The notes below the pieces were generated by a model. That model worked only from the letters and a program-made list of their open reading frames with translations, did not search any database and was not told the origin of the DNA. The translations under genes were made by a program, and so were the position numbers. A DNA stretch of 64,000 nucleotides. It comes from Rebecca billardiae RCC1528. Lineage: Eukaryota > Protista > Haptophyta. The first letter of the stretch is position 1. Every line of letters begins with the position of its first letter. The stretch lies in NCBI GenBank assembly GCA_965240325.2, contig OZ251226.1, positions 1,364,001 to 1,428,000 on the forward strand, given 5' to 3'. Below are positions 1 to 11,813 of this stretch, piece by piece.

Positions 1-86
1 CCGCTGCCGCCCGGCGCTCAGGAAAAAACCTTGAGGTGATGTCGCGCTGGCCGCTCGCTGGGAGCTCCCGGCCCGGACCTCCCTTG
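1..86 (+). mobile_element. Right-hand TIR end of a second copy of the P-like non-autonomous DNA transposon (runs off window start)
   Basis: Bases 1-86 nearly match 40010-40094 and end in ...GGACCTCCCTTG. Similarity stops exactly at the element terminus. Confidence 0.85.
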
Positions 87-1166
87 AACGAGGGCAGCAT
101 CGAGAGCAACGACCATGCGGCATGCGCCGCTCTCCGGTAATCCTGAGGGTCAGATGCGTTTGCCTCTCGCCAGGTGTGCTCAGACGAGCAGAGACTAGGC
201 GACAATCTCGTCCCTCTGGCAATGGCCGGCTCTGACATGTCGCTCGTCCTTACGAAGCAATGCCCTGGAACTCGGGGCCAGTCACAGACTTGAGTGCATG
301 CACGAGGTGAGTTCGGTGTGTTCAGTGCGGGTGGTGGAGCGGCGCGGCGTGCAAGGGAACCCGTCTTCTGCTTGTGTCTAGACGAATGCACCCTCTGACG
401 AACTCACCGAGCACGGGTGCTCCCAAGATTGCAGAGCCGCCATCAGCGAGTCGCGGTCTGCCGCCGCTATGATCGGGCACGCGCGCGCCCGATGCGGCCA
501 TGTCTCGTTCCGTGGTCGGTTGTGGCCCAAGCCGTGTGCGCACATGTCCTCTTCGTCGGGCTCTCGCGAGGCCTAGTACGCATACAGTGTGGCCCAATAG
601 TGCAAGCGCCACACGCGTTCTCACGGCGCGGCGCGGAGGCGAGCTGCGTCTGCCGCCGGTCGTCGTTTGAGCGAGATTCGAGCAGATACGCCGAACTCAT
701 TACTCACCAAATTGAATGGCGCGGTAAAGTTCATAGTTCATACGTTGCTTCTCCAGGTTTCAGACTTCCTGCCCGCCAATCGTATCGGCAGGATCCATCC
801 GCCCTCTTTTCATCGAGTTTACCCGCGGCTACTTGCGAGCATGATCGTGTAATAATACCTCGGCCGACCAACGGGCAGTCATCACGACAACCTACTAAGG
901 CGTGATGAAGATTCGCCGTCCACCAAGCGACCACCTCGCCTGCTGGGCGTGAGATGGCGTGAGTGCGTGACGAACGGGCATACAAACTCTCCAAAAGGCG
1001 GTGATGCTGAGAGCGCAACATTGGCTCACAGCAAGGCACCAAGCACGCCCTTCCGCCGGCCCGGTTGGCGGGCGGTCATTTCGATCGGCCGGGTGAGGGT
1101 TACACCCCCGGAGGCTCGGACTTCCCGCGCCCGCAACGGCCGCGGCCGCGCGCGCGCACAGCTAGG

Positions 1167-2233
1167 ATGAGCTCCCCCGGCAAGAGGCGAGAGATGGACG
1201 TGATGAAGCTGTGAGCGCGTCGACACTCACGGAGCGCGCTTCGGGGGGTGCGCCCGTCCGGGGTGCGCACGCCACCCGCTCACGCGGCCTCCCGCGTGGC
1301 TCGCGGACACTGCGTGCTGCAGTATGATGAGCGACTACAACATCTCCCTGGTGGAGGACAATGTGAACGACTTCTATGTCATCTTCCCCGGGCCCAAAGA
1401 GAGTGAGTCGCCGCGTCGCGCGTGGGCGGCGTGCACGCGCTCCGGGCTGACGCGCCGTCGTGCGCGCACGCCTTGCGCACGCGCGCGCGCGCAGGCCCGT
1501 ACGAGGGTGGGCGATGGAAGGTGCACGTGGAGCTGCCCGAAAACTATCCCTACAAGTCGCCGTCCATCGGCTTCTGCAACCGCATCTTCCACCCCAACGT
1601 AGACGAGATGTGAGCGCGCGCGCGCCGCGCTCAGCGCCCTCGGTCGTCCTCGGCGCCGGTCGTGGACGGCGGCCGCGGGAGGAGGGGGAGACGAGGGGGG
1701 TGGGGTAGGATGAAAGGCGGGCGGGAAGCCGCCGCTTGCCCCAGCCCCGGCTCACGCACCCCCGCCTCCGCATCCGCCTCCTCCGCGCCGCGCGCGCGCA
1801 GGTCGGGCTCCGTCTGTCTCGACGTGATTAATCAGACGTGGTCGCCGATGTTCGACCTGCTCAACGTCTTCGAGACGTTCTTGCCGCAGCTGCTGCTCTA
1901 CCCCAACCCGACGGACCCGCTGAACGGCGAGGCGGCCTCTCTGTTGCTCCGCGAGCCCGAGCAGTACAAGGCGAAAGTCAAAGGTGCGCGGCGCGCTGCC
2001 CGCGGCCGCGCGCGCGCGCGCGCGCCGCACGCTCACGCCGCCGCCGCCCTTGCCAACCGCCGAACCGGTGCGCTCGCGCAGAGTATGTGTTGAGATACGG
2101 CCAGGACGTCTCGCTGGAGATGGACGTGCCAAGGCGGTCTGGCGGCAGCAGCGGCGACGGCGGCGACATGGACGACGACGACGACGACGATGACGATCTC
2201 GAGTACATCTCGGACGGCTCCGACTCGCTGTGA
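1167..2233 (+). CDS. UBE2H: Ubiquitin-conjugating enzyme E2, UBE2H/UBC8 type; 5 exons (1167-1210, 1323-1402, 1495-1609, 1802-1983, 2082-2233)
   Basis: The spliced product reads [20 protein letters not shown]...[55 protein letters not shown]...[12 protein letters not shown], followed by an acidic tail. All introns are GT-AG and phase-consistent. Confidence 0.93.
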
Positions 2234-3127
2234 TTCGTCGGCCCCGGCGCACTCGTCGCGCGGCGGACTGCGCCCAGAGCACACGGCGCGCGCACACGCA
2301 GCACCCAGTCTCCCCATCTCATCGCGCAGTGGCATGACCCGCGCAGCGGAGGGTTTTGCCCGCGGCAGTGACGCCCCGGACGCCCACCCCGCTTGCAGCG
2401 ACCGGACGTCGGGCTCGATCGCACGGCGGCTCCACACTTCCGGCTCCGCCGTCCGCGTACGTGGCAACGTGCCTATGTTGGCATCGACGCCCTGACGCCC
2501 TGGCAACGAGAGTGACGGTGGCGATGCCGCCATTACGTTACGACGCGTCTCATCAAGAGTGTTCGTTCATCGGGCTGCTTCCGGCCAGCCGCCACGACTG
2601 ATGTACACTACAATCGTCCGCCCATTGGCATTGACGCGCATTGACTGGGCCCCGCCGGACTAGTCGGAGTGACGGAGAGTGCCCCCACAGTCGCAGAGGG
2701 CAGCTAGGCCCCCGGAGTCCGCGCACGGACGGACGGGACCTCGCCCGTCACGCGCGCGACGGCGACGGACGCATCCGATATTCTTCGAGTGAGCCGCCAG
2801 CAATTTCTGTACAGCGGTACATGCGCAGTAGTATATTACTGATATATATATATATATATACAGTACTACGTATATGTATATGGGTGGTCGTTACGAAAAT
2901 AACTCTGCCGGCGCAGCAATTAGAAAGTCTATACTACGAACGAATGGCACTCACGAACGTCTCCGCCGAGGCTCGGGCCTCGGGCTCCGAGTCCGACGGG
3001 CTCGGGCTCGGCTCAGGCTCGCTCGACCTCATCAGGTAACCTAGACCTCGGCGGCTCGTCCGCGAGTCATCAGCAATAGAGGCGCCGCCAGGCCATGCAC
3101 CGGGAGCCATCGACCAGCACGCGCTCG

Positions 3128-5201
3128 TCATCCGGCCGACGTCGACGGCGCGGTGGACGAGGGCGCCGGCGATTGCGCACGCGCCAACGCGCCCGCGCCG
3201 AGCATCGGTGACGCGGCGCCCTGCTGCCGCTGCGACAGCAGCGTCGGCAGCGCGGGCAGTTCAGCGTACCAGCGCGCGACAACCTGGGCGAGGCTCTTGG
3301 TTCGTACGAGCCGCTGCACCTCCCACAGGTCGCACGTGACCTCCGTCACGCTGTCCGCGCACTTGTACTCCTCGCTGTCCACGAAGCGCAGCAGGCCGCG
3401 GCTGAAGGCTCGCTCCTCCGGCTGCGCCGCGCCGCGCCGAGCCGCCGACGCGCGCGGCGCGAAAAATCGCGCGGGCAAATGGGCGCGGGCGTGGCGGTGA
3501 GTGTGCGCGCGCGTGGCGGGCGTGCGCGCGCGCGCGCGCGCTCACCTTGGACCACGCCACGCTCGAGGGCTCCGCTTCGGCCAGCGCCTTGCGCGCCGCA
3601 CCCACATCGTACCCATGTGAGTGCAGCAGCCTCAGCGCTGCCTCCTGCCGCTGTGGGGCGCCGCCCGCCGGCGCGGCGCCCGGCGCGAGCACCGAGCCTG
3701 CGCACGAGCTGACGCTCGCGGTGGTCGAGCTCGCGGCGGTGCCCACGCCGACGGGCGCGTTGGCGCACGACGACGTGACGAACCGGTGCACTGCCTCCAG
3801 CGACGTCGCGACCAATTCGTCCTCAGGCACGCTGCTGACGCCGCCGCCGCCGCCTCCCACAACCGCCGCCGCCGCGCTTCGTGTCGGCGTCGCTCGCCGC
3901 AGCTGCCGCTGTGGTCCGGGGTTCGCGGCGGCGGGCGGAGGCGCCCAGACGAGCTCGTCCGCGCGGTCGGGCAGCGCACGCGCCTCCTCCACGGGCAGCC
4001 AGCCGCCTTTCGCCGCCCGCTCGCTGCACGGCGGCAACTCGGCCTGGTGGGATCTGCCGACGCCGACGGCGCTCGGCTTGCCGCTCGATGCGCTCAGGTG
4101 GTGGCCCGGCGACGTGGGCGTGCGCCCGCCCGGGGAGAGGGGCGTGCCGTCGTCCGCCGTGCCGAGCTTGAGCTTCTGCGGGGCGCGCGGGGGAGGGCGC
4201 GGCGGCGCGGCGGCGCGGCGACGTGCGCGTGGGCCACGCGCGCCCTCGCGCCGCGCGCGCCGCCGCCGCGAGGGCGCGCGCGGCGCGTGGGAAGAGCGCG
4301 CGCTGGCTCCCACCTTTCGAGCCTCAGCCGCGGCGCCGCCGCCGGCGCGCGCGCTGCGGCCCAGCGGGCTGCCACCTTCGGCGCCCTTAGGCTTGGGCGA
4401 GCGCCTCGCCGACTTGAGCTCGGAGGCCGGGTCGCGCAGCCGCGCGGGCAGGTACAGCTGCCGCCCCTTCTTCGTGACGCCGCTGACAATGTTCACCGGC
4501 TGGCGACCGGTAGCCGCCGTCTCGTGTCTCGCGCGCTTCGCGCTTGCACCGGGCGTGCGCGCGAGCCGGCTGCCGCGCGCCGAGCCGGGCGTCCGCCTGC
4601 CGCTGTGCACGCCGCGCCCGCCGCCCGCGCCCCGCGCCGCCTGCCGCGCGGCGTACCGCCGCTCCAGCTCCGCCAGCTCCTCCGCCTCCGGGAGATAGTC
4701 TGAGATTGTAGCGCGCTCGCGCAGCCTCGCGAGCTCCGACTCGGCGGGCGGCGCGGGCGGCTGCACGAGCGCGAGGAGGCAGCGCTGGAGGGCGGCGTGC
4801 GACCGCCTCTGCATGATCGGCGGGATCGCCTGCGTCTGCTGCAGCCGGAGCAGCAGGCGCGACGCCGGCACGTTGGCTCGGAAAAGCCTGTCCGACGTCG
4901 GCGCGGGCGGCACCGGCGAGCGCGAGGCGGGCGCGCCCGAGGGCGGGACAAAGGCGCCGCACGGTGCGACGGGGAGCGAGGGCACGACGCTTGCGCCGCG
5001 GCCGCTCCCCGGCGGCGACTCCGCCTGGAAGACCTTCGTCTTGCGCCATGCGATCGGAGTCTTGCCGTCCGAGATGCGAAATTGCGTGTACAGCTTGCCA
5101 GGCGAGTAGTGGCGGTCGGGGAAGCAGCCGCCGCCTCGGAGGGGCGGCACTGGGGCCACCACCTCGGGCTGCGCCTCGCCGTTCGCGGCGACCAGGCTCA
5201 T
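3128..5201 (-). CDS. ELM2/SANT-domain chromatin-regulator-like protein; introns ~4313-4176 and 3545-3422
   Basis: ELM2-like motifs VGVGRSHQAELP, ELVWAP and QEAALRLLHSHGYDVGAA. After splicing, a SANT-like WSK|PEERAFSRGL...WEVQRLVRTKSLAQVVARWY follows. Confidence 0.7.
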
Positions 5202-5514
5202 CACCCCACGTCAGCGTCGCCCGCGGGCTTCTCGCGCCAGGCTGCCTCGAGGTTGACGAGCCGCCCCAACGCGCCTCGCTTGTTTCAAGCCAGGCTTTCC
5301 GCGCCCAGCGCTGGCGAGCACAAGGGGCCGGAGTTGGCGCCAATGATGAACAGGACTGATCAAGAGGACCCGGATCGCGCTTCACCAGGCGGCCGTCGGT
5401 TGACGAGGCGGGCGGGAGAGCCAGCCGGAATCCCGCTGCAGAAAGCCCGTGACCGAGCACTCCGGACGGCCGCGGCGCATCGACTCGCAATCGCGCGCGC
5501 GCGTGTCGCGCGTG

Positions 5515-8500
5515 ATGCGCGGCGCGTGGTGGCGCGCGTGCCGCGCCGCGGCGCCGCTCACGCCGCGAGCGCGGCGGCTGTGCACCTACGAGCGCCTCGA
5601 GCCCGTCGAGCACGTGCTCAAGCGCCCCGAGATGTACGTCGGCGCGACCGAGCTCGTGAGCGAGCCGCTCTGGGTGCTCGAGCCGTCGACGCGCACGCTG
5701 GTGTACCGCACGTGCACGCACGTGCCGGCGGTGCTCAAGGTGTTCGACGAGATACTGGTGAACGCGCTCGACGCGAGCCAGCGCTCGAAGCTCACCGATG
5801 AGCTCCGCGTCGACATCGACGCGGCCGCGGGCCGCGTGTGCGTCCACAACAACGGGCCAGGCATCGCGGTCGCTGTGCACGAGACGGAGGGCGTGTGGAT
5901 CCCCGAGCTGGTGCTCGGCTCGCTCTTCGCCGGGTCCAACTTCGACGACGCCCGCGCGCGCACCGTCGGCGGGCGGCACGGCTTCGGCGCCACGCTGACC
6001 AACATCTTCTCGTCGCGGTTCGAAGTGGAGACTGTGGACACGGGACGGCAGCTGCACTACCGGCAGGCGTGGGCGCGGAACATGGCGGAGTGCGGCGAGC
6101 CCGCGGTGCGCACGGCGAAGGGCACGCCCGCCGAGCGGCGCGGCTACACGCGCGTCGACTTCACCCTCGACCTGCCCCGCCTCGGCCTGGGCTCGCTCGG
6201 CGGCGACACGCTCGCGCTCATGTGCCGGCGCGTGTACGACGCGGCCGCCGTCTCGCGCTGCGCGGTGTTCCTCGACGGCGAGCGCGTGGAGGTGGGCGGC
6301 TTCGGCGCGTACGCGGCGCTGTGCCTCCCGCACGCGCACGCCGACGGCGCCGCGCACGCCGCCGCGGTCGCCTCGACCAAGCTGAGCGTCGGCGACCACA
6401 AGTGGCAGCTGGCCGTCGCGCGCGCGGGCGGCGCGGACGGCGCGGCCGCCGCCGCCGAAGGGCTGCCGCCCGCGACGCACCTGAGCTTCGTCAACGGCGT
6501 GCACACGAGCAAGGGCGGCACGCACGTGAGCGCGGTGTACGACGCGCTGTGCAAGGCGCTCGTGCCGCGCCTCGCCCGCGGCGCGGGCGACGCGGCGAAG
6601 CACGTGACGCCGGCACTCATCCGATCGCACCTGCTGCTCGCGCTGAGCGCGACAGTGGACAACCCGGCCTTCGACTCGCAGACGAAGGAGCGGCTGTCGA
6701 CGCGGCCGGCGGCGCTGGGCGACGTGGGCGACGCGCTCACCGACGCCTTCGCGCGCAAGCTCCTCGCGCTCGACGGCCTGCGCGACGCCATCCTCGGCGC
6801 GGCGCGCGCGCGCTCGGAGAAGCAGGGCGGCGGCGCCGCGCTCAAAATCAAAGCCAAAAAATCGGGCGGCCGGCCCGCCGTGCCCAAGCTGGAGGACGCG
6901 CTGAAGGCGGGCGGGCCGCGCGCGGCGGAGTGCACGCTGATCCTGACGGAGGGCGACTCGGCCAAGGCGCTCGCCGTCGCAGGCCTCGAGGTCGTCGGCC
7001 GCGACCTCTACGGCGTGCTGCCGCTGAAGGGCAAGACACTCAACGTGAGGGACCTGCCGCGCGCCCGCGCGACGGCCAACGAGGAAGTTCGCGGAATCTT
7101 CCTCTCGCTCGGCGTCGCGCCGGACACGCCGGCGGCGCAGCTGCGCGAGCGGCTGCGGTACGGGCGCGTGCTGCTGATGACCGACCAGGACCACGACGGC
7201 TCGCACATCAAGGGCCTCGTCCTTAACCTCCTCGACGTCTTCTTCCCGTCGCTCGTCGGCAGCCGAGGCTTTGTCAGCCATTTCGTGACGCCGATCGTGA
7301 AGGCGCGGCCGCGCGGCGGCGGGGCGGGGAGCCGGGGCGAGGGCGGCGAGCGGAGCGCGCCGCGCCGGCGCAAGGCGTCGGCGCAGGGACCCGCGCCCGA
7401 GCCCGCGGCCCCGCGCGTGCTCGAGTTCTACTCGCTGCAGGAATACGATGAGTGGCGGCAGCGGCAGCTGAGCGGAGGCGGCGGCGCGGCCGGCGGCGGC
7501 GGCGCGGCCGGCCGGGACGGCGGCGGCGGTGGCGGCGGCGAGGAGGGCAGCGCGGGCGGGGCGGCGCGGGGCGCGCAGGGTGCGGACGCCACCGCCGCGC
7601 TGCGGCAGCGCTGGGCCATCAAGTACTACAAGGGCCTCGGCACCAGCACCTCGCAGGAGGCGCGAGAGTACTTTCGAGATATCGACGCGCACGTGAAGGA
7701 AATTGCATGGGCGGAGGGGGACAGGGACCAGCTCGACATGGCGTTCGCGACGAAGCGCGCGCCCGACCGGCGCGAGTGGATGCTCCGCGCGCAGCGCGCG
7801 GGCGGGAGCGCCGCCTCGACCGTCACCGACGCGCCCGCGCTCCCGGCCGTGCACAGTGCGCTGCGTGCGGAGCCGGACGCAGCCGGCGCGGCGGGCGCGG
7901 CGGGCGCGGCGGGCGAGCGGCCGCCGGCCGTGACGATCGGCGGCGGCGCGGCGGCGGTGGCCGAGCGCACGGTGGGCGAGTTCATTGAGCACGACCTCGT
8001 GCAGTTCGCGCTCGCCGACTGCGTCCGCTCCATCCCCTCCGTGCTGGACGGCCTCAAGCCCACGCAGCGCAAGGTGCTGTATGCTTGCTTCGGGCGGCGC
8101 GGCGGCGGCTCGTCGGAGGTCAAGCTGGCGCAGCTGGCGAGCTACGTGGCCGAGGCCACGGCGTACCACCACGGCGAGGCGTCGATGGTCTCGACGATCG
8201 TCGCGATGGCGCAGGACTTCGTCGGCGCCAACTCCGTGCCGCTCCTCGTCGGCGTCGGCCAGTTTGGCACCCGCTGGTCCGGAGGCGACGACGCGGCCGC
8301 CGCCCGGTATATCCACGTGCGAGTCGCGCCGATCGCGCGGCTGCTCTTCCCGCGTGCGGACGACGCGGTGCTCCCGCGCGTGGAGGAGGAGGGGCGGCTG
8401 GTCGAGCCGCTCGCGTACGTGCCCGTCGTGCCGCTCGCGCTGCTCAACGGCGCGCAGGGCATCGGCACCGGCTGGTCGACCACCATGCCCTCGTACCACC

Positions 8501-9642
8501 CCCTTGCGGTGCTGGGCAACACGCGCCGGCTCGCGGCCGCCGAGGGCGACCCGAGCGCGCGCGCGGCGCTCGCGCCCATGCCGGTCTGGGCGGCGGGGTT
8601 CCGCGGGCGGTTCGGCCCCGCGGAGGAGCGCGGCGAGTCGCGCCGCGCCGTGTGCGTCGGCGCGCTCCACGCCCGCTCCGCCACGCACGTCGACGTGACC
8701 GAGCTGCCGCTCGGCCGCTGGACTCGAGACTATAAGGCACACCTGGACGCTCTGATCGCCGAGGGCCGGCTGGGCTCTTACTCGGAGCGGCACTCGGAGC
8801 GGCACGTGCACTTCGAGCTGAAGATGAGCCGGCAGCAGGGCGAGGCGCTGCGCGCGTTCCCGTCCGCCGCCGCGGAGCGCGTGATGCGCGAGAGCGGCGC
8901 GCTGCCAGAAGGCGGCGGCGGCGGCGGCGGCCGCCGCGGCCGCGGCCGCGCAGGCGGCGCCGGCGGCCTGACGGAGCGGCAGCGGTGGGCGCTGGAGTAC
9001 AACCTCAAACTGCATGGGTACGTGCAGCTTGGCAACGCGCACCTCTTCGACACGAGCGGCGCGATCGCGCGCTACCCTGGGCCGGAGGACATCCTGCTCG
9101 AGCACGCCGCCGCGCGCCGGGCGCTCTACTCGCGGCGCAAGGCTGCCGAGGTGCGCGCGCTCGCCGCCGCCGAGGCCGAGCTGGCAAATCGCTCTCGGTT
9201 TGTCGAGATGGTGGTGGCCCGGAGGATCGACCTGCTCGGCTCGCGGCGCGAGCAGCTCGTGGGCGCGCTGGCCGAGCACGGCTTCGAGACGGCCGCACAG
9301 CTGCGCGCGCGGGCCGGCCCGCCCAGCGAGGAGGCCGCCGACGCCGCCGACGCCGACGGTGAATCGCGCGCCGACTCCGCCCGGCAGGCGGGCGAGGGCA
9401 GCGATGGTGCCGCGGATGGCGCGGACGGCGGTGACGGCGGCGACGACGACTACGGCTACCTGCTGCGCATGCAGCTGCGCGAGCTGACGGCCGAGCGCGT
9501 GCAGCGACTGCTCGCCGAGCGCGAGCGGTGCGCGGCCGAGCTCGCCGCCTCGCGCGCGCGCACCGAGCGTCAGATGTGGGATGCGGAGCTTGATCGTCTG
9601 CAAGAGCCGCTCGAGCGCATCGTTGCGGACGGCGAGAGCTGA
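5515..9642 (+). CDS. TOP2: DNA topoisomerase II (type IIA, eukaryotic-like), intronless, lacking the long CTD, with a putative organellar transit peptide
   Basis: Motifs EHVLKRPEMYVG, FDEILVNA, NNGPGI, GGRHGFGA, FDSQTKE, TEGDSA, PLKGK, MTDQDHDGSHIKGL, YYKGLGTS, DGLKPTQRK, YHHGE and catalytic AARY. The N-terminus MRGAWWRACRAAAPLTPRARRL is Arg/Ala-rich and acid-free. Confidence 0.93.
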   Translation: MRGAWWRACRAAAPLTPRARRLCTYERLEPVEHVLKRPEMYVGATELVSEPLWVLEPSTRTLVYRTCTHVPAVLKVFDEILVNALDASQRSKLTDELRVDIDAAAGRVCVHNNGPGIAVAVHETEGVWIPELVLGSLFAGSNFDDARARTVGGRHGFGATLTNIFSSRFEVETVDTGRQLHYRQAWARNMAECGEPAVRTAKGTPAERRGYTRVDFTLDLPRLGLGSLGGDTLALMCRRVYDAAAVSRCAVFLDGERVEVGGFGAYAALCLPHAHADGAAHAAAVASTKLSVGDHKWQLAVARAGGADGAAAAAEGLPPATHLSFVNGVHTSKGGTHVSAVYDALCKALVPRLARGAGDAAKHVTPALIRSHLLLALSATVDNPAFDSQTKERLSTRPAALGDVGDALTDAFARKLLALDGLRDAILGAARARSEKQGGGAALKIKAKKSGGRPAVPKLEDALKAGGPRAAECTLILTEGDSAKALAVAGLEVVGRDLYGVLPLKGKTLNVRDLPRARATANEEVRGIFLSLGVAPDTPAAQLRERLRYGRVLLMTDQDHDGSHIKGLVLNLLDVFFPSLVGSRGFVSHFVTPIVKARPRGGGAGSRGEGGERSAPRRRKASAQGPAPEPAAPRVLEFYSLQEYDEWRQRQLSGGGGAAGGGGAAGRDGGGGGGGEEGSAGGAARGAQGADATAALRQRWAIKYYKGLGTSTSQEAREYFRDIDAHVKEIAWAEGDRDQLDMAFATKRAPDRREWMLRAQRAGGSAASTVTDAPALPAVHSALRAEPDAAGAAGAAGAAGERPPAVTIGGGAAAVAERTVGEFIEHDLVQFALADCVRSIPSVLDGLKPTQRKVLYACFGRRGGGSSEVKLAQLASYVAEATAYHHGEASMVSTIVAMAQDFVGANSVPLLVGVGQFGTRWSGGDDAAAARYIHVRVAPIARLLFPRADDAVLPRVEEEGRLVEPLAYVPVVPLALLNGAQGIGTGWSTTMPSYHPLAVLGNTRRLAAAEGDPSARAALAPMPVWAAGFRGRFGPAEERGESRRAVCVGALHARSATHVDVTELPLGRWTRDYKAHLDALIAEGRLGSYSERHSERHVHFELKMSRQQGEALRAFPSAAAERVMRESGALPEGGGGGGGRRGRGRAGGAGGLTERQRWALEYNLKLHGYVQLGNAHLFDTSGAIARYPGPEDILLEHAAARRALYSRRKAAEVRALAAAEAELANRSRFVEMVVARRIDLLGSRREQLVGALAEHGFETAAQLRARAGPPSEEAADAADADGESRADSARQAGEGSDGAADGADGGDGGDDDYGYLLRMQLRELTAERVQRLLAERERCAAELAASRARTERQMWDAELDRLQEPLERIVADGES

Positions 9643-10077
9643 TCGGCCGCGGCGGGCCACGACTCTGAGCGGGCCTGTGTTCGACCAGCCCCACCGGGAC
9701 AAGGCCGCCAGCCCCCCGCAGCTTTTTCGTGGCGCAAGGATGAGCGGGCCGCACTTGCACCTCACCGTCAGGGCTCAGACAGCCATCGTTGCCGGCTTTC
9801 CCCCAGTTCGTGCTTTCCGGCGGGTTTTGGGGCGGCAAAATCGCTTCTGCTCGTACCATAGCCAGAATCTTTGAGAAAGCGCCGCGGAATCTTCGACCGT
9901 GAACCGGTTCGCGCACGTATGAAGCGCATGTAACGGCTTCCGCACGCGTCCGGACCGCGTACAAAAGGCGCGGTGCGCCTGCGCACGCCTAGCCACGTGC
10001 CGAGCCAGGTCCCCGTTCACGACCCACGTCAGGTCACATCCTCCCCGCCGTGCACGTAGTCCCACACCGCAGCCAAA

Positions 10078-11813
10078 ATGCCGGAGTACGCGCGAGCGGC
10101 GGGCGGGGCGGCGAGCGGTGGGCGGCGTGCTCGGCGGGCGCGGGCGGGGATGGGCGTGGCTGCCTCGGCGGGCGGCGCCGCGCTGGGCGCGAGAGCACGC
10201 ACGCTGCCACCGCTGATCGCGCGCGCGCGGCGCGCCCTGCGCTACGCCCGGCACCCACCTCGTGCCGGTGCGCAGGAAGGAGCACATGTCGATTGTCATC
10301 TGCGGCCACGTCGACTCTGGCAAGTCGACGACCACCGGCCGCCTTCTCTTCGAGCTCGGCGGTATCCCCGAGCGTGAGATGGAGAAGCTCAAGGCCGAGG
10401 CCGAGCGGCTCGGCAAGTCGTCGTTCGCGTTCGCCTTCTACATGGACCGCCAGAAGGAGGAGCGCGAGCGCGGTGTGACGATCTCGTGCACGACGAAGGA
10501 GTTCTTCACGGAGAAGTGGCACTACACCATCATCGACGCGCCGGGCCACCGTGACTTCATCAAGAACATGATCTCGGGCGCCGCGCAGGCGGATGTCGCG
10601 CTCCTCATGGTGCCGGCGGACGGCAACTTCACGACGGCCATCCAGAAGGGCAACCACAAGGCGGGCGAGGTGCAGGGCCAGACGCGCCAGCACGCGCGCC
10701 TCATCAACCTGCTCGGCGTGAAGCAGCTCATCTGCGGCGTCAACAAGATGGACTCCGACCCGGCGGGCCCGTACAAGCAGTCGCGGTACGATGAGGTCGG
10801 CGGCGAGATGAAGTCGATGCTCATCAAGGTCGGCTGGAAGAAGGAGTTCGTGGAGAAGTCGGTGCCGGTGCTGCCGATCTCGGGCTGGATGGGCGACAAC
10901 CTCAACCAGAAGTCGACCAACATGACGTGGTGGACCGGCTGCGACGTCGAGATGCCGGAGGGCAAGGTGCACGTGCACACGCTGTACGATGCGCTCAACG
11001 ACATGGTCAAGCCGCCTGAGCGCAAGACGGACGCGCCGATGCGCCTGCCGATCTCGGGCTGCTACAAGATCAAGGGCGTGGGCGACGTGCTCGCCGGCCG
11101 CGTCGAGCAGGGCGTCGTCAAGCCCGGCGAGGAGGTCATCTTCCTGCCCACGCACACGACGGTCAACCCGTGCGTCGGCAAGGTTTTCACGGTCGAGATG
11201 CACCACCAGCGCATCGACCAGGCGGGCCCGGGCGACAACGTCGGCATGAACATCAAGGGCCTGGTGAAGGAGAACATGCCGCGCACGGGCGACGTGATGG
11301 TGTACAAGAAGGACACCACGCTCAAGGCCGTCGAGAACTTCACCGCGCAGATCCAGACGCTCGACATTCCGGGCGAGCTCAAGTGCGGCTACTCTCCGAT
11401 TGGCTTCGTGCGCTGCGGCCGTGCGGCGTGCCGCATGACGGAGATCAAGTTCAAGGTGGGCAAGGAGACGGGCGGCAAGAAGCTGGAGGCGCCGCACTCG
11501 CTCAAGTCGAACGAGATGGCGGAGGTGCGCGGCGCGGCGCGCGGCCTCGCGAGACCGACCGACCGACGGCGCGCGCGCGCGCACTGTGGCCGCCCGCGTG
11601 TGCTCACCGATCCTCTCCGCGCCGTGCCCGCGCCGCCGCTCTCGCAATCTCTCCCGTGCGCAGGTCGTGTTCGCGCCGCAGCAGCCGCTGGTCGTGGACT
11701 CGTTCAAGAACTGCGAGGGCCTGTCCCGCATCGCCTTCCTCGACGGCAACACCGCCGTCATGCTTGGCAAGGTGACGGCCGTCACGCACAAGGAGGACAA
11801 GGGCAAGAAGTAA
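10078..11813 (+). CDS. EFL: Elongation factor-like GTPase (EFL); exons 10078-10085, 10276-11524, 11664-11813
   Basis: The spliced product begins [24 protein letters not shown]. It contains YMDRQKEERERGVTISCTTKEFFT, DAPGHRDFIKNMISG, the EFL-type GNHKAGEVQGQTRQH and NKMD. Confidence 0.93.

Noticed and set aside
90-1100. Several 60-160-aa ORFs upstream of the E2 gene
   Set aside because: No motifs, host codon bias or splice support.
4387-9765. 1792-aa minus-strand ORF antisense to TOP2 (and similar shadow ORFs over EFL, FNR and the LOV gene)
   Set aside because: No recognisable motifs. Such ORFs are an expected by-product of extreme GC3 bias, which removes stop codons on the opposite strand.
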